This document shows, one piece after another, positions 29,079 through 39,437 of a stretch of 61,623 nt of DNA. Within the stretch, counting starts at the first letter, position 1. Each line of letters opens with the position of its first letter. Made by a program: the position numbers and the translations under genes. The notes beneath the pieces are model-generated. The model was not told the origin of the DNA. It saw only the letters and a program-made list of their open reading frames with translations, and did no database searches. Source of the DNA: a virus (lineage: Duplodnaviria; Caudoviricetes); the IMG/VR virus record IMGVR_UViG_3300030061_004427, positions 1-61,623 of that record; one strand, 5' to 3'.

Positions 29079-30329
29079 ATGTTTCAAGTACCATTTCAAG
29101 CCAAACCTTTCGGGAATACTAACCCATTTCAAAATAATTTTGCTGTAGGTGGAGGTAAGCCACACGGTATAAATGAAAAGCCTACACCTGCTTCACTAGG
29201 AGGAACATCACCAGAATCCATACCACGATTTATGAATTATGTGGCTGATTATGGTGGTTGTGGTTATTGGAGAGTTATATGGCCTGAATATCTTTTAAAT
29301 GCTAGTGGTAAGTGTATGGTACACACCTCAACTTGTATGACTTTGGACCCACAACACTATAGACATTGTAAAGCACTAAAAATTCAAAGACAGGCATCTC
29401 CAGATCATTATAGATTTACCAAACACTTAAAAGAAGTATCAAAAGAACATGGTTTTAAATTAATTTACGAAATTGACGATATACCTTTTAGAGAAGACAT
29501 ACCAGATTATAACAAATACAAATTTGCTTTTACAGACGATGAAGTAAGAGAGAATATTCAAAAAATTATGGAGTTGTGTGATGAAATGACAGTTACTTGC
29601 AACTTCATGAAAGAGTATTTCACAGAAAAACTGGGTGGTAAATTACCTATTACTGTTATACCAAATTGTGTGCCTAAATTCTGGATGGGTAATTACTATA
29701 ATAGAGATAAAGTTGAGCGAGATTATGAAAAATACAAACGGAAACCAAGAGTTATTTGGTCTGGATCGGGTGCTCATATAGATGTAGATAGAAGAGTAAA
29801 AGGTAAAGATGATTTTCATCATATAAATGACGCAGTTAAGAAAACAATAAACGACTTTCAGTGGGTATTTACGGGTGCAGTGCCTCGTGAACTAGTTCAT
29901 CTTGTTGAAAATGGTAAAATAGAATTCCATCAATGGTCAGAACTTTTTAATTACCCAGAAAAAATATATACCCTTAACGGTAATATGATGATAGCTCCTT
30001 TAGTTGATAATAATTTTAACAAATCAAAAAGCGATTTAAAATATTTAGAAGCTAGTTGTTACGGCTTACCTATTGCTTGTCAAGATATTTGCACATATGA
30101 AAATGCTCCAATAAAGTTTAACACGGGTGATGAAATGGTTGATCAAATAAAAACCGTATTAAAGGATGAGAGACGCTTTATAAAAGAATCTGTAACTGGT
30201 AGAAATTTTGCCGAATCGAGATTTTTGGAAAAAGAAGAAAATATTGGAAAGTTTTTTGAATCATATATGTTCCCATATGGGTCACCACAACGTAAATTTT
30301 TAAACACTTTAGATATTAATAAAACATAA
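29079..30329 (+). CDS. GT-B (GT4-like) glycosyltransferase
   Basis: ADYGGCGYWR..WP, YEIDD, IPN..P, APL.DN.FN.SKS.LK.LE; start moved to ATG 29079. Confidence 0.8.
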   Translation: MFQVPFQAKPFGNTNPFQNNFAVGGGKPHGINEKPTPASLGGTSPESIPRFMNYVADYGGCGYWRVIWPEYLLNASGKCMVHTSTCMTLDPQHYRHCKALKIQRQASPDHYRFTKHLKEVSKEHGFKLIYEIDDIPFREDIPDYNKYKFAFTDDEVRENIQKIMELCDEMTVTCNFMKEYFTEKLGGKLPITVIPNCVPKFWMGNYYNRDKVERDYEKYKRKPRVIWSGSGAHIDVDRRVKGKDDFHHINDAVKKTINDFQWVFTGAVPRELVHLVENGKIEFHQWSELFNYPEKIYTLNGNMMIAPLVDNNFNKSKSDLKYLEASCYGLPIACQDICTYENAPIKFNTGDEMVDQIKTVLKDERRFIKESVTGRNFAESRFLEKEENIGKFFESYMFPYGSPQRKFLNTLDINKT

Positions 30330-30900
30330 TAGTCTTCATTTCATCAGACATGTAATTTAATGTTAACGGGTATTCTCCGGCATCGAGATCTTGAGGAACA
30401 ATAACCATTTTATGTTTTGATTTTATTGATTTTATCTTTTGTGTCAATCCTTGCTTTAGTTCGTCTGATTGATTATGTTGATATACATCTTTACAAAGCA
30501 ATAAATCGAACTCATCATCACTTTCAAATTTAAAAAGATCACTACATATAAACTTTTTTGTGGGGGATGATAATTTTTCTATATTTGATTCTATTACAAT
30601 TTGTGAACCATCAATACCTGTATAATCAAGTTCACTAAATGTGTTGGAAAACGGTAACCATTGCATTGCACCACAACCAATATCTATTAAACTTTTTATT
30701 TCATTCTTTATTACAAAATCATCAAATATTTTTATTAATTCCTCGTTGTGTTCTAATAAACTACCAGCTCCTGAACCTTGTCCACCATAGCCCCCGTTTT
30801 TATAAATTTCATCCCATTGTTCTGCTGTTAATCGGGTATGGTCATATTTGGGAAACAAATATGTTTCAAACCATTCTTGTACTTCTTTACTGTTGCTCAT
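30316..30900 (-). CDS. class I SAM-dependent methyltransferase
   Basis: W..IY...GSG.GS, IDIGCG, YTGID, DL.LCKDV.QH. Confidence 0.8.
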   Translation of the reverse strand: MSNSKEVQEWFETYLFPKYDHTRLTAEQWDEIYKNGGYGGQGSGAGSLLEHNEELIKIFDDFVIKNEIKSLIDIGCGAMQWLPFSNTFSELDYTGIDGSQIVIESNIEKLSSPTKKFICSDLFKFESDDEFDLLLCKDVYQHNQSDELKQGLTQKIKSIKSKHKMVIVPQDLDAGEYPLTLNYMSDEMKTIMFY

Positions 30901-31789
30901 ATATCCAGTGTTTTGTTAAATCAGACCAGTGGTGTGTATCGAAATTTTTATAGAATTCTTTCCTGTATTGATAAAACAATTCTTGGTTGAAATAAGTTAT
31001 AGGTTCTTCTTTAAGTAAAAGATCTGGATCTAGTTCGTAACCATCTAAATTACCGGCGCTGATACAAAATGTTGAAGTAAAACACCAAGGTACTTCTTTC
31101 TTGGTGGTAGTATGTTTACATTCATACAATGCAGATCTAATATCTTCTTCCATCATCCTCCAGTTAAGACCGTTACCTTCTTTTTTTCGATCATACCCGG
31201 TAAAACCAAAAAGTGTATTGAAGACGGTTTTACTCCAAGTTATTGACCCTAATATTAATATTTTATTTTTCGTATCTTCGTAATTTAACGATTGATTACC
31301 TAATTGCGTTCTCTCTTCAATATTATCTTTTATAGCTTGTTTAAATATTGGGTTTTTTGGTGCCGTGCCCATTAAACAATGAGCAAAACCAAAATCTTCA
31401 TGCGTTGGTAAAATGAATTTTATATCTTCGGTAATAAAATCATCAAAAGATATATTACAATATCTATCCAAATCGTGATACACCCCACCTTCATTGTAAA
31501 GTTTTATTAATCTCCATAAATCTGTTTTTTCTACAACATGCGTATATTTTATATCATTATAATCTTTAGACGATAAATTTTCTTTAAGATAATCTTCCAC
31601 ATCTTGATCATCACTAATAACTACATCCCACTCCGGATTTAAATCAATCATTTTTCTTAACCCATTTGTTATCATAGGGTGATTGTTATCCTTTATGTTT
31701 TTATCTTTCCATGTAAAGTTAATTATTTTAGGTATTGTATCTAGATCTTCTAATAAGAAATCATTCACAACTTTATTTACTTGAATCAT
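30887..31789 (-). CDS. GT32 (OCH1-like DxD) glycosyltransferase
   Basis: IPKII..TW, NPEW....DD, DLWR...LY..GGVY.DLD. Confidence 0.85.
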   Translation of the reverse strand: MIQVNKVVNDFLLEDLDTIPKIINFTWKDKNIKDNNHPMITNGLRKMIDLNPEWDVVISDDQDVEDYLKENLSSKDYNDIKYTHVVEKTDLWRLIKLYNEGGVYHDLDRYCNISFDDFITEDIKFILPTHEDFGFAHCLMGTAPKNPIFKQAIKDNIEERTQLGNQSLNYEDTKNKILILGSITWSKTVFNTLFGFTGYDRKKEGNGLNWRMMEEDIRSALYECKHTTTKKEVPWCFTSTFCISAGNLDGYELDPDLLLKEEPITYFNQELFYQYRKEFYKNFDTHHWSDLTKHWIYEQQ

Positions 31790-31808
31790 TCGCAGATTAA
31801 ACTATAAT
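31781..31808 (+). promoter_or_regulatory. sigma70-like promoter for DNA polymerase
   Basis: TTGAAT-N16-TATAAT-N8-ATG. Confidence 0.7.
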
Positions 31809-31816
31809 AAATCTGT

Positions 31817-34411
31817 ATGTATAGGAACGTAGTTTATGAACCGTCTTTAGAGCAAATGAGACTTTACACTTGGGATGAAGACGGTAACAGAATAGAAGTT
31901 TTACAAAGCTATAGTCCATATCTTTATATTGAACCTAAAGACAAAAGGCATTCGAACGCAACATCAATTTATGATACACCTTTAAGAAAAATGGTGTTTA
32001 GAAGAGAGTCTGAAAGAAGACATTTCATTAGAAACAATGGAATAAAAAGACTCTTTGAAAATTTACCAATTAAACAACAGTTTTTATTAGATAATTTTTG
32101 GCAAGTAAACGAAACAGATGATTTTACTAAGCATCCAATTAAAATGCTTTTATTGGACATTGAGACTTATTCACCAGATGGGTTTCCAAATATTGAAAGT
32201 GCAAATCATGCAATCAATGTTATTACAGTTTATGATAATTTAGAGAAAAAATTTTATACTTGGGGTACAAAAGAATATAATGGTAAAGGTAGAGATGATG
32301 TAAAATATACCTATTGTGAAACCGAAAGGGTATTGTTTGCAAAATTTTTAGATTATCTCGAACAAGATTATCCAGATATTTTAAGTGGTTGGAACTCTGA
32401 GTTCTTTGATATTCCATATATTGTAAAACGTTGTGAACGAATAATGGGTGAAGAGCAAATGAAAAGACTTTCACCTGTAAAGAACGTTTATTATAGAAGT
32501 TTACAAGGTGCTTTTGGTAGACAGCAAATTAGATGGTATATTGAAGGTATAGCTTTATTAGATTATTTGGACATTTATAAAAAGTTTGCACCATTACGTG
32601 AATCATATAAGCTTGATGCAATTGGTGAACTTGAGTTAAATCAACGTAAGGTAGATTTCCAAGGAATGGACTTGGCAACGTTGTCTGATGTAGATTGGGA
32701 TAAGTTTATTGATTACAATATTCAGGATGTTAATCTGCTTGTAAGACTAGAAGAAAAGCTTCAATATTTGGGGTTAATAAGAATGTTAGCTTATGTTGGT
32801 TGTGTAACTTTTGATGCAGCAATGGGAGCATTATCTGTAATCAATGGTGCTTTTTGTATTCGTGCAAGACATAACCAACATATAATTCCTACTTTTATAC
32901 GAGGTGAAGATACTGGTAAGAACCCAGGTGCATATGTGGGGGAACCACAACAAGGATTTCAAAACTACATATTATCTTTTGATGCAAACAGTCTATACCC
33001 AAATGTGATGATATCTTTGAACTTATCACCCGAGACAAAGATTGGTAAAATTTTACAAAAAGATGACAAAGAAGTGGTCATGGAAATGGTAAGTGGTAAA
33101 GTAAAAGAATTTACAATACCAATGTTTGCTAAAATGATAAAAGATTACAAGCTTACAATATCAAAAGCAAACGTAGTATTTCATCAACAAAAGAAAGGAA
33201 TAATACCTGAGATTGTTGATTATTATTATCAAAAACGTAAAGGGTTTAAAGATGAGTATAATGAGTTAAGGAAGAAACATTCAAAGATGAAGAAAAAAGA
33301 TCCTGATTATGAAAAAATTGGGATTGAAGCTCAAAGAGCTGGAACAAAACAATTAACGGTTAAAATTTTGATTAACTCGATATATGGTTATTTTGGTAAC
33401 AAAAATGCTCCTATTGGTGATGATGATATTGCATCATCTGTAACATTAAGCGGTCAAGCAGTAATCAAACAAAGCAATATAATTATTAGAGACTTTATTA
33501 AACTTAAAACGGGGTTAACAGATGATGATCTAAAGAAAAAGGACCCAATCATTTATAATGATACAGATTCATCATATGCATCAATTGAATTGTTAATAAA
33601 ACATTTAGGGCTTAATTTTAAAAATGAAAGCGGTGAAGTACACCAAGATATATATACGTTGGAAGATGAATTAGTAGAGTATCTTAATAAACAAATAATG
33701 ATATGGGGTAAGAAAACTTTCAATAGTAAAGATTGTAGGTTTGTATTTAAACGTGAGTGTATTGCTGAAGTTGGGGTGTTCTTACAAAAGAAACGATATG
33801 TAATGAACATACTTGATGATGAAGGTGCTAAGATAAACAAAACAAAATATACTGGGGTAGAGGTAGTTAGAACGACATTGCCTAATTCATTAAAACCTCA
33901 TATGAAAAACGTTATTGAAACAATGCTTAGTACGCAAGACTATCAAAAGACGAATGAAGCTATGAAAGTGGTTCATGAAAAATTTAAAGATCTACCTATT
34001 ACAGATATTGCAAGTGTTATGGGGTTAAAAGGTTATGAAAAGTATGCTGGTCAATGTGATAATATGAAGACGGTTAAGGGTATGCCAATACATTGTAAAG
34101 CAAGTTACTTTTATAATCAATTATTAAAATTGCATAAACTTGATAAAAAATATGAAACGATAGGATCAGGAGATAAGGTTAGATTCTTTTATGTAAAAAA
34201 ACCAAACAAGTATAATGTTGATTCAATTGCATACAAATATGAGTGGCCAGAAGAATTTGACGCATTTTTTAAACCTGATTATGATAAAATTTATCAAAAG
34301 CTAATTTTTGCTCCTATCGAACGGTTTTATAACGCAGTAAATTGGAAATGTTATTTACCTAACCAAGCAGTTCAGTGTGATTTGTTTAGTCTTTTAGCAG
34401 AAAATGAGTAA
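31817..34411 (+). CDS. 43: family B DNA polymerase gp43
   Basis: DIET, GWN...FDIPY, YNIQD, SFDANSLYP, K...NS.YG, YNDTDS, KKRY. Confidence 0.97.
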   Translation: MYRNVVYEPSLEQMRLYTWDEDGNRIEVLQSYSPYLYIEPKDKRHSNATSIYDTPLRKMVFRRESERRHFIRNNGIKRLFENLPIKQQFLLDNFWQVNETDDFTKHPIKMLLLDIETYSPDGFPNIESANHAINVITVYDNLEKKFYTWGTKEYNGKGRDDVKYTYCETERVLFAKFLDYLEQDYPDILSGWNSEFFDIPYIVKRCERIMGEEQMKRLSPVKNVYYRSLQGAFGRQQIRWYIEGIALLDYLDIYKKFAPLRESYKLDAIGELELNQRKVDFQGMDLATLSDVDWDKFIDYNIQDVNLLVRLEEKLQYLGLIRMLAYVGCVTFDAAMGALSVINGAFCIRARHNQHIIPTFIRGEDTGKNPGAYVGEPQQGFQNYILSFDANSLYPNVMISLNLSPETKIGKILQKDDKEVVMEMVSGKVKEFTIPMFAKMIKDYKLTISKANVVFHQQKKGIIPEIVDYYYQKRKGFKDEYNELRKKHSKMKKKDPDYEKIGIEAQRAGTKQLTVKILINSIYGYFGNKNAPIGDDDIASSVTLSGQAVIKQSNIIIRDFIKLKTGLTDDDLKKKDPIIYNDTDSSYASIELLIKHLGLNFKNESGEVHQDIYTLEDELVEYLNKQIMIWGKKTFNSKDCRFVFKRECIAEVGVFLQKKRYVMNILDDEGAKINKTKYTGVEVVRTTLPNSLKPHMKNVIETMLSTQDYQKTNEAMKVVHEKFKDLPITDIASVMGLKGYEKYAGQCDNMKTVKGMPIHCKASYFYNQLLKLHKLDKKYETIGSGDKVRFFYVKKPNKYNVDSIAYKYEWPEEFDAFFKPDYDKIYQKLIFAPIERFYNAVNWKCYLPNQAVQCDLFSLLAENE

Positions 34412-35468
34412 ATCAGAAAATAGATTAAAGTTAAATGAAGTTATGCCAGAATTAGCTGGTGAGGTATCTTCTTTTTTTGAAAACATCGAACAAACAAAAA
34501 AAATAGAAGAAACTATTTTTGTTATGGTACCGAGTTATAGGGATAAAGACCTTGATAATACGTTAACGGATTTATATCAAAAAGCAACTAACCCCGAACT
34601 ACTAACTGTTTGTGTTTTTGATCAGTCTGAGCATGACGGCTATGTAAATTTCGATAAAACTAATATGCATTATATACATACAAACTATCGTAATGCAAAA
34701 GGTATTAGTCATGCAAGAAATATAATTCAAAATTTTTATAATAATGAAACGTATTTTTTATCTATAGATTCTCATATGCGTTTTATTTCTGATTGGGATA
34801 CGACTCTTAAACGAATGTATAAACAATTGAAAGAGCAAGGACTTAATCCCATTATAACAAACTACGCTTGTGAATTAGTATATGGTGATGAAATGGACTT
34901 ATACCCTGAAGAAGTTAAAAACACATACACACAATTAGAAGAACCCCGACCCGGTGGTTTTAGTGGTTCATGGATCAAATCACAACCTGGTTGTGTAGAC
35001 GTTGAAAAATATACCGTTTATGACGGTAAACGTTCAAGAAAAACTATTGGTGAAACAGAAAATGAATTTATGTTTTCACCTTGGTGTTCATTACATTTTA
35101 TGTTTACCGAAGGCATGTATAACAAACGAATTAGGTTTGACCCTGATCATTATTTCTCGGGGGATGAATATAATATGACTTTAAGAACTTTTACACATGG
35201 GTATGATTTATTAAGCCCTTATGAACCTGTTATGTATCATCATTACAGAAAGGATTCTTTTAAAAATACTCCTGCAAATTATATTGTTGATAATAAACAA
35301 TGGGCGGATTTGGATGAAAAAGGAATTATTAAAAATAAAAACTTAATGACAGGCGAAGCTGCTTTGAGTTGCCCTTCATATGGAATTGGGTCTGAAAGAA
35401 GTATAGGAGATTTCTTAAAATACATGAAAGAAAAAACACAGAAAAGTCTTTCAGTTGACTTAGATTGA
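34404..35468 (+). CDS. GT60-like GlcNAc transferase
   Basis: IFV...SYRD, A.G...AR, E.Y.LSIDSHMRF..WD, F.GDE....R..THGYD. Confidence 0.8.
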   Translation: MSKSENRLKLNEVMPELAGEVSSFFENIEQTKKIEETIFVMVPSYRDKDLDNTLTDLYQKATNPELLTVCVFDQSEHDGYVNFDKTNMHYIHTNYRNAKGISHARNIIQNFYNNETYFLSIDSHMRFISDWDTTLKRMYKQLKEQGLNPIITNYACELVYGDEMDLYPEEVKNTYTQLEEPRPGGFSGSWIKSQPGCVDVEKYTVYDGKRSRKTIGETENEFMFSPWCSLHFMFTEGMYNKRIRFDPDHYFSGDEYNMTLRTFTHGYDLLSPYEPVMYHHYRKDSFKNTPANYIVDNKQWADLDEKGIIKNKNLMTGEAALSCPSYGIGSERSIGDFLKYMKEKTQKSLSVDLD

Positions 35469-35487
35469 GCGTATATAAAATATTGAT

Positions 35488-35850
35488 ATGAATCTTAAGA
35501 TTTTTGTTGATCAAGTCGGACGAACCGTTATTGGTGAGTTAGTGGATGATGGGGATACAACCGTTGTACTTAAAAACCCATGTACCATCTTCGTACAACC
35601 GAACGAATCGGGGCAGTTACAGGTACAAACCGTACCAATGTTTTTTAGAGAATTTCTTACCGAGGCTGGTAGGGAAGAAGGCACAACTTGGACATTCAAT
35701 AAGGGCAATATTATTGATAGTGACTGTGCCGAACATCTGGACGATAAGTTAGTTAACCAATATACAGCCATTCTTACTAACTTAGGGCAACCGGACGCAT
35801 CTGGAGACGATGCTGAAGAGCCTGAAGTAGTAAAATTGTTTGACGATTAA
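35488..35850 (+). CDS. conserved T4-like hypothetical protein (possible Sm-like fold)
   Basis: GRTVIGEL....V.LKNP; TTGACT-N15-TAAAAT upstream; followed by a terminator. Confidence 0.65.
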   Translation: MNLKIFVDQVGRTVIGELVDDGDTTVVLKNPCTIFVQPNESGQLQVQTVPMFFREFLTEAGREEGTTWTFNKGNIIDSDCAEHLDDKLVNQYTAILTNLGQPDASGDDAEEPEVVKLFDD

Positions 35851-35871
35851 CAAAAAAACCATATATTGGTG

Positions 35872-35897
35872 AGCGCCCTTAGGGGCGCTTTTTTTTT
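35872..35897 (+). terminator. intrinsic terminator
   Basis: AGCGCCC-TTAG-GGGCGCT followed by a T run. Confidence 0.85.
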
Positions 35898-35898
35898 C

Positions 35899-35926
35899 TT
35901 GAATTTAAAGGTTTTATCTATATAAT
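35899..35926 (+). promoter_or_regulatory. sigma70-like promoter for uvsX
   Basis: TTGAAT-N16-TATAAT-N6-ATG. Confidence 0.72.
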
Positions 35927-35932
35927 AAGCGC

Positions 35933-37018
35933 ATGGCAAAAGACCCTATTTCAGATGTATTTTCAACTTTAGATAAACTCAACCCAGAAGCCACCTATCT
36001 TAGTGAAAATGCTTTATCTAATGTTGATACCTGGTATGATACTGGTTGTTATGCATTGAATGCTATTATTGGTGGTAGTTGTGTTGGTGGTGGTGTACCA
36101 AAAGGAAGATTGGTTGGTTTTTCAGGACCTTCACAATCTGGTAAAACATACATTATTAATAAGATTTTAGGTAATGCTCAAAAAGAAGGGCTACATCCTG
36201 TTATATTTGATACCGAATTTGCTGTAGATAAAGATAGTAGTGAAGGGGTTGGCCTTGATGCATCAAAAACAAAATATGTCCCTGTATATACTGTTGAGCA
36301 ATGCCGAAATCAAGTTGTTGCTTTACTAGACAGTATTGTTGAAAAGGGGTTACAAGGTAAATTTATTATTAGTATTGATTCTTTAGGTAATTTAGCATCA
36401 CAAAAAGAAGTAGAAGATGCAGCAAAAGATAAAAGTGCAATGGATATGGGTCTGAGAGCTAAACAACTCAAATCTATGATGAGAATACTTACATACAAAG
36501 CCGGTCTATCTGGTACTACAATTTTGTTTAGTAATCATACATATGAAAACCCAGGTGCATTACACCCTACTTTAGTTAAAACAGCTTCAGGTGGGAGCGG
36601 CCCACAGTATATGGCTAGTGTACTAGTGCAATTGGCTAATAAAAAAGAAAGACAAGATGCATCTAACGAAGATGATGAAATGTTATCAGAAGCTCGTAAT
36701 TACTCTGGTGCAACATTACGGTTTTTAACCACTAAAAATCGGTTTGTTCCGCCATTTTTACAAGCTGAAATATATCTTAACTTCCGTACTGGTTTAGATA
36801 GGTACAGTGGCTTAAAAGACATGGCTGTTAATCATGGGATATTAACGCAGACCGGTAGTACATTTCAAATAGGTATGGAGAGTAAGGACGAAAAATTCAA
36901 ACCAGGAGACAAGATCGGATACTATAAAAATTGGAAAAAAGATAAAGAACTTTGGGAAAATTTTATTATTCCTGAGTTGGATAAGAAGTTGAAATTGGTG
37001 TATAGTTACGGTAAATAA
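35933..37018 (+). CDS. uvsX: RecA-like recombinase
   Basis: DTG.YALN, GPSQSGKT, FDTE, IDSLGNL, DMG.RAK, NHTY, SGG.G, KNRF. Confidence 0.93.
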   Translation: MAKDPISDVFSTLDKLNPEATYLSENALSNVDTWYDTGCYALNAIIGGSCVGGGVPKGRLVGFSGPSQSGKTYIINKILGNAQKEGLHPVIFDTEFAVDKDSSEGVGLDASKTKYVPVYTVEQCRNQVVALLDSIVEKGLQGKFIISIDSLGNLASQKEVEDAAKDKSAMDMGLRAKQLKSMMRILTYKAGLSGTTILFSNHTYENPGALHPTLVKTASGGSGPQYMASVLVQLANKKERQDASNEDDEMLSEARNYSGATLRFLTTKNRFVPPFLQAEIYLNFRTGLDRYSGLKDMAVNHGILTQTGSTFQIGMESKDEKFKPGDKIGYYKNWKKDKELWENFIIPELDKKLKLVYSYGK

Positions 37019-37022
37019 GGAT

Positions 37023-38627
37023 ATGGCAAATATTGCTATCTACGGTTCGCATAACGGTGCAATTGCTTTAGAAGACAATGATGAATATTACGTTATTGAA
37101 TTTGAACGATTTTTTAATATTAAAAATATTGGTCTGGCTCAATACAAACCATTAAAATTTAGAGAAGAAGCCGTTTATGCTATTTTACAATATCTGGAAA
37201 AGGAATTAGGTTACCCAACACCCTTTGATAACTTACTTCATATTAATACTGAATGTGTACATGACGATATAACATACAGTTATAAAAATTTTATTGATGC
37301 TAATACGGTACTTGAAGGTTGGCACCACCACGCACATGCAAGTGGGTCCTTTTATCAATCTAATTTTGAAAAAGCTTTAATTTTTAGTTTTGATGGTGGT
37401 GGTAATGATGGGTTCTTTAATATATTTACTGCTAATCGGGAAGACGGTGTAACATATTTAGATAAAACAAATCCAGCTGATCGAACAGACTATGATTACG
37501 ATTTTGGATTTCCATATATGTGTTTTGCGCACTTTTGTCCTGATATTAGACAGGAATGGATATCAGATGGTAATTTAGTTTATAGTGGTAAAATTATGGG
37601 GCTGTGTAACTACGGGAACATAAACAAAGAATGGTTACCACACTTTAAAAAGTTTTATTATTCTAAACCTGATGGAGAAGATTTTTATAAAAAGTTAAAA
37701 CAATATATTACTGATACATGTGGGTTGGTATTTGATGAAAATAAAAGACTTGAAAAAGAAATTAGCTGGGACGTAGCAGCTACTTCTCAAGCTGCATTTG
37801 AAGAATGTTTTTTTGAAGTAGTAGACCCTTATTTGAAAAAATACCAAGACCTACCTATCATTATAACTGGTGGTTGTGGTCTTAATATATTGTTAGCCTC
37901 CAAAATAAAAACGCTATTTCCAGAAAGACCAAGTTTCGTTGCACCAAATACAAATGATTGTGGTATTGCTTTGGGTTTGTTAGCTGGGTTTAAAAAACCT
38001 AAAAAACCTATTGATATCACTTACGGTGGTATGGAGCTTTTAGATAAAAACACATACCCTGCTTGGATAGAAAGCAATTCTGCCAAACCTGTCAATCTTG
38101 GTCATATTGCTACAGAATTAGCAAACGGTAAAATCTTTGGATGTGCTAGAGGAAGGTCCGAACACGGGCCAAGAGCACTTGGTAATAGATCAATTTTTTG
38201 TAATCCTGCTTTTCCTGAAATGAAAGACATTCTCAACTTTAAAGTAAAAAACAGAGAGTGGTATAGACCGTTTGCACCAGTATGCAAATTAGAAGACGTT
38301 TCTAAATATTTTGAATGGGAAGGGGAAAGCCGTCATATGCTTTATTGTCCTACAGTAAAGAAAGAATGGAAAGAAAAATTATCATCTATTACACATATTG
38401 ACGGTACAGCAAGAGTACAAACAGTGACAAGAGAACAAAATCAGTTCTTATATGATCTTTTAACCGCTTTTGAAGATGCAGCTGGTCATGGTGTGTTATT
38501 GAACACATCTTTTAACATTGCTGGTAAACCAATTTTGAATACTATATCCGATGCAATGAAAGTCTTAGAGGGTACACAAATGGATTACCTAATAATTGAA
38601 GACTTTTATTATGGTAAGCATTGGTAA
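37023..38627 (+). CDS. NodU/CmcH-type O-carbamoyltransferase
   Basis: GSHN, E.ERF, HHHAHA, DGGG, GK.MGL..YG, GG.GLN, D.G..LG, E.GPRALGNRS, K.RE..RPFAP, H.DGTAR.QTV, LNTSFN..G.P. Confidence 0.92.
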   Translation: MANIAIYGSHNGAIALEDNDEYYVIEFERFFNIKNIGLAQYKPLKFREEAVYAILQYLEKELGYPTPFDNLLHINTECVHDDITYSYKNFIDANTVLEGWHHHAHASGSFYQSNFEKALIFSFDGGGNDGFFNIFTANREDGVTYLDKTNPADRTDYDYDFGFPYMCFAHFCPDIRQEWISDGNLVYSGKIMGLCNYGNINKEWLPHFKKFYYSKPDGEDFYKKLKQYITDTCGLVFDENKRLEKEISWDVAATSQAAFEECFFEVVDPYLKKYQDLPIIITGGCGLNILLASKIKTLFPERPSFVAPNTNDCGIALGLLAGFKKPKKPIDITYGGMELLDKNTYPAWIESNSAKPVNLGHIATELANGKIFGCARGRSEHGPRALGNRSIFCNPAFPEMKDILNFKVKNREWYRPFAPVCKLEDVSKYFEWEGESRHMLYCPTVKKEWKEKLSSITHIDGTARVQTVTREQNQFLYDLLTAFEDAAGHGVLLNTSFNIAGKPILNTISDAMKVLEGTQMDYLIIEDFYYGKHW

Positions 38628-38645
38628 GTAATATATACTCATTTT

Positions 38646-39437
38646 ATGGATAAAAAAGCTGTAATGATTTTTAGTGGTGGTATGGACAGTGCTGCCATGC
38701 TAAGAATGGCTCAATTTCAATCGGGTGAGCTACACTGTTTAACTTTTGATTATGGTCAAAGGCATATACGCGAACTTGAATGTGCAAAGACACAAATCGA
38801 ACATGCAAAGTTGGTTAGCTTTAGTCATAATTTTGAAGATTGTGAAGTAATACACAAAGTGTTAGACGTTTCATTTTTAAAAGAGTTACTTACTACAAGT
38901 TCACTTACTAATACAGACATTGATAATCCTGATGTTAAAGATATGGTAGGGGAAGCACAACCGGTAAGTTATGTGCCATTTAGAAATCAATTGTTTTTGA
39001 CAATAGCATGTGCATATGCAGAATCAATTGGTGCTGAAACTGTTTATCATGGTGCAACTCAAGTTGATAGTTTAGCTGGTTATTGGGATGGTAGTGCAGA
39101 ATTTCAGGAACACTTTCAAACGTTAATAGGGCTAAATAGAACACACCAAATTACTCTTAATTGCCCGTTACTTAGTATGAGTAAACAAGCTATTGTAGAG
39201 TTTTGTGTTGGTAGTAGGGTTGATCTAAAATATACATACACTTGTTATAGTGGTGATGAACTTTCTGATGCAACCACACCAAGCAGTTCATTACGAATTA
39301 AAGGGTTTGCAGATGCAGGTTATATTGACCCAATTGAATATAAACAAGATTTAACCAAATATTGGGAAGACAATAAATGTAAACCGTTTCCTATTAATGA
39401 GGTATTTTCTGATAGATTTGGAACCAGAGGTCCTTAA
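38646..39437 (+). CDS. queC: 7-cyano-7-deazaguanine synthase-like protein (atypical C-terminus)
   Basis: FSGGMDS, FDYGQRH..E, SSLT, YVPFRN, PL....K, TYTCY. Confidence 0.88.
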   Translation: MDKKAVMIFSGGMDSAAMLRMAQFQSGELHCLTFDYGQRHIRELECAKTQIEHAKLVSFSHNFEDCEVIHKVLDVSFLKELLTTSSLTNTDIDNPDVKDMVGEAQPVSYVPFRNQLFLTIACAYAESIGAETVYHGATQVDSLAGYWDGSAEFQEHFQTLIGLNRTHQITLNCPLLSMSKQAIVEFCVGSRVDLKYTYTCYSGDELSDATTPSSSLRIKGFADAGYIDPIEYKQDLTKYWEDNKCKPFPINEVFSDRFGTRGP

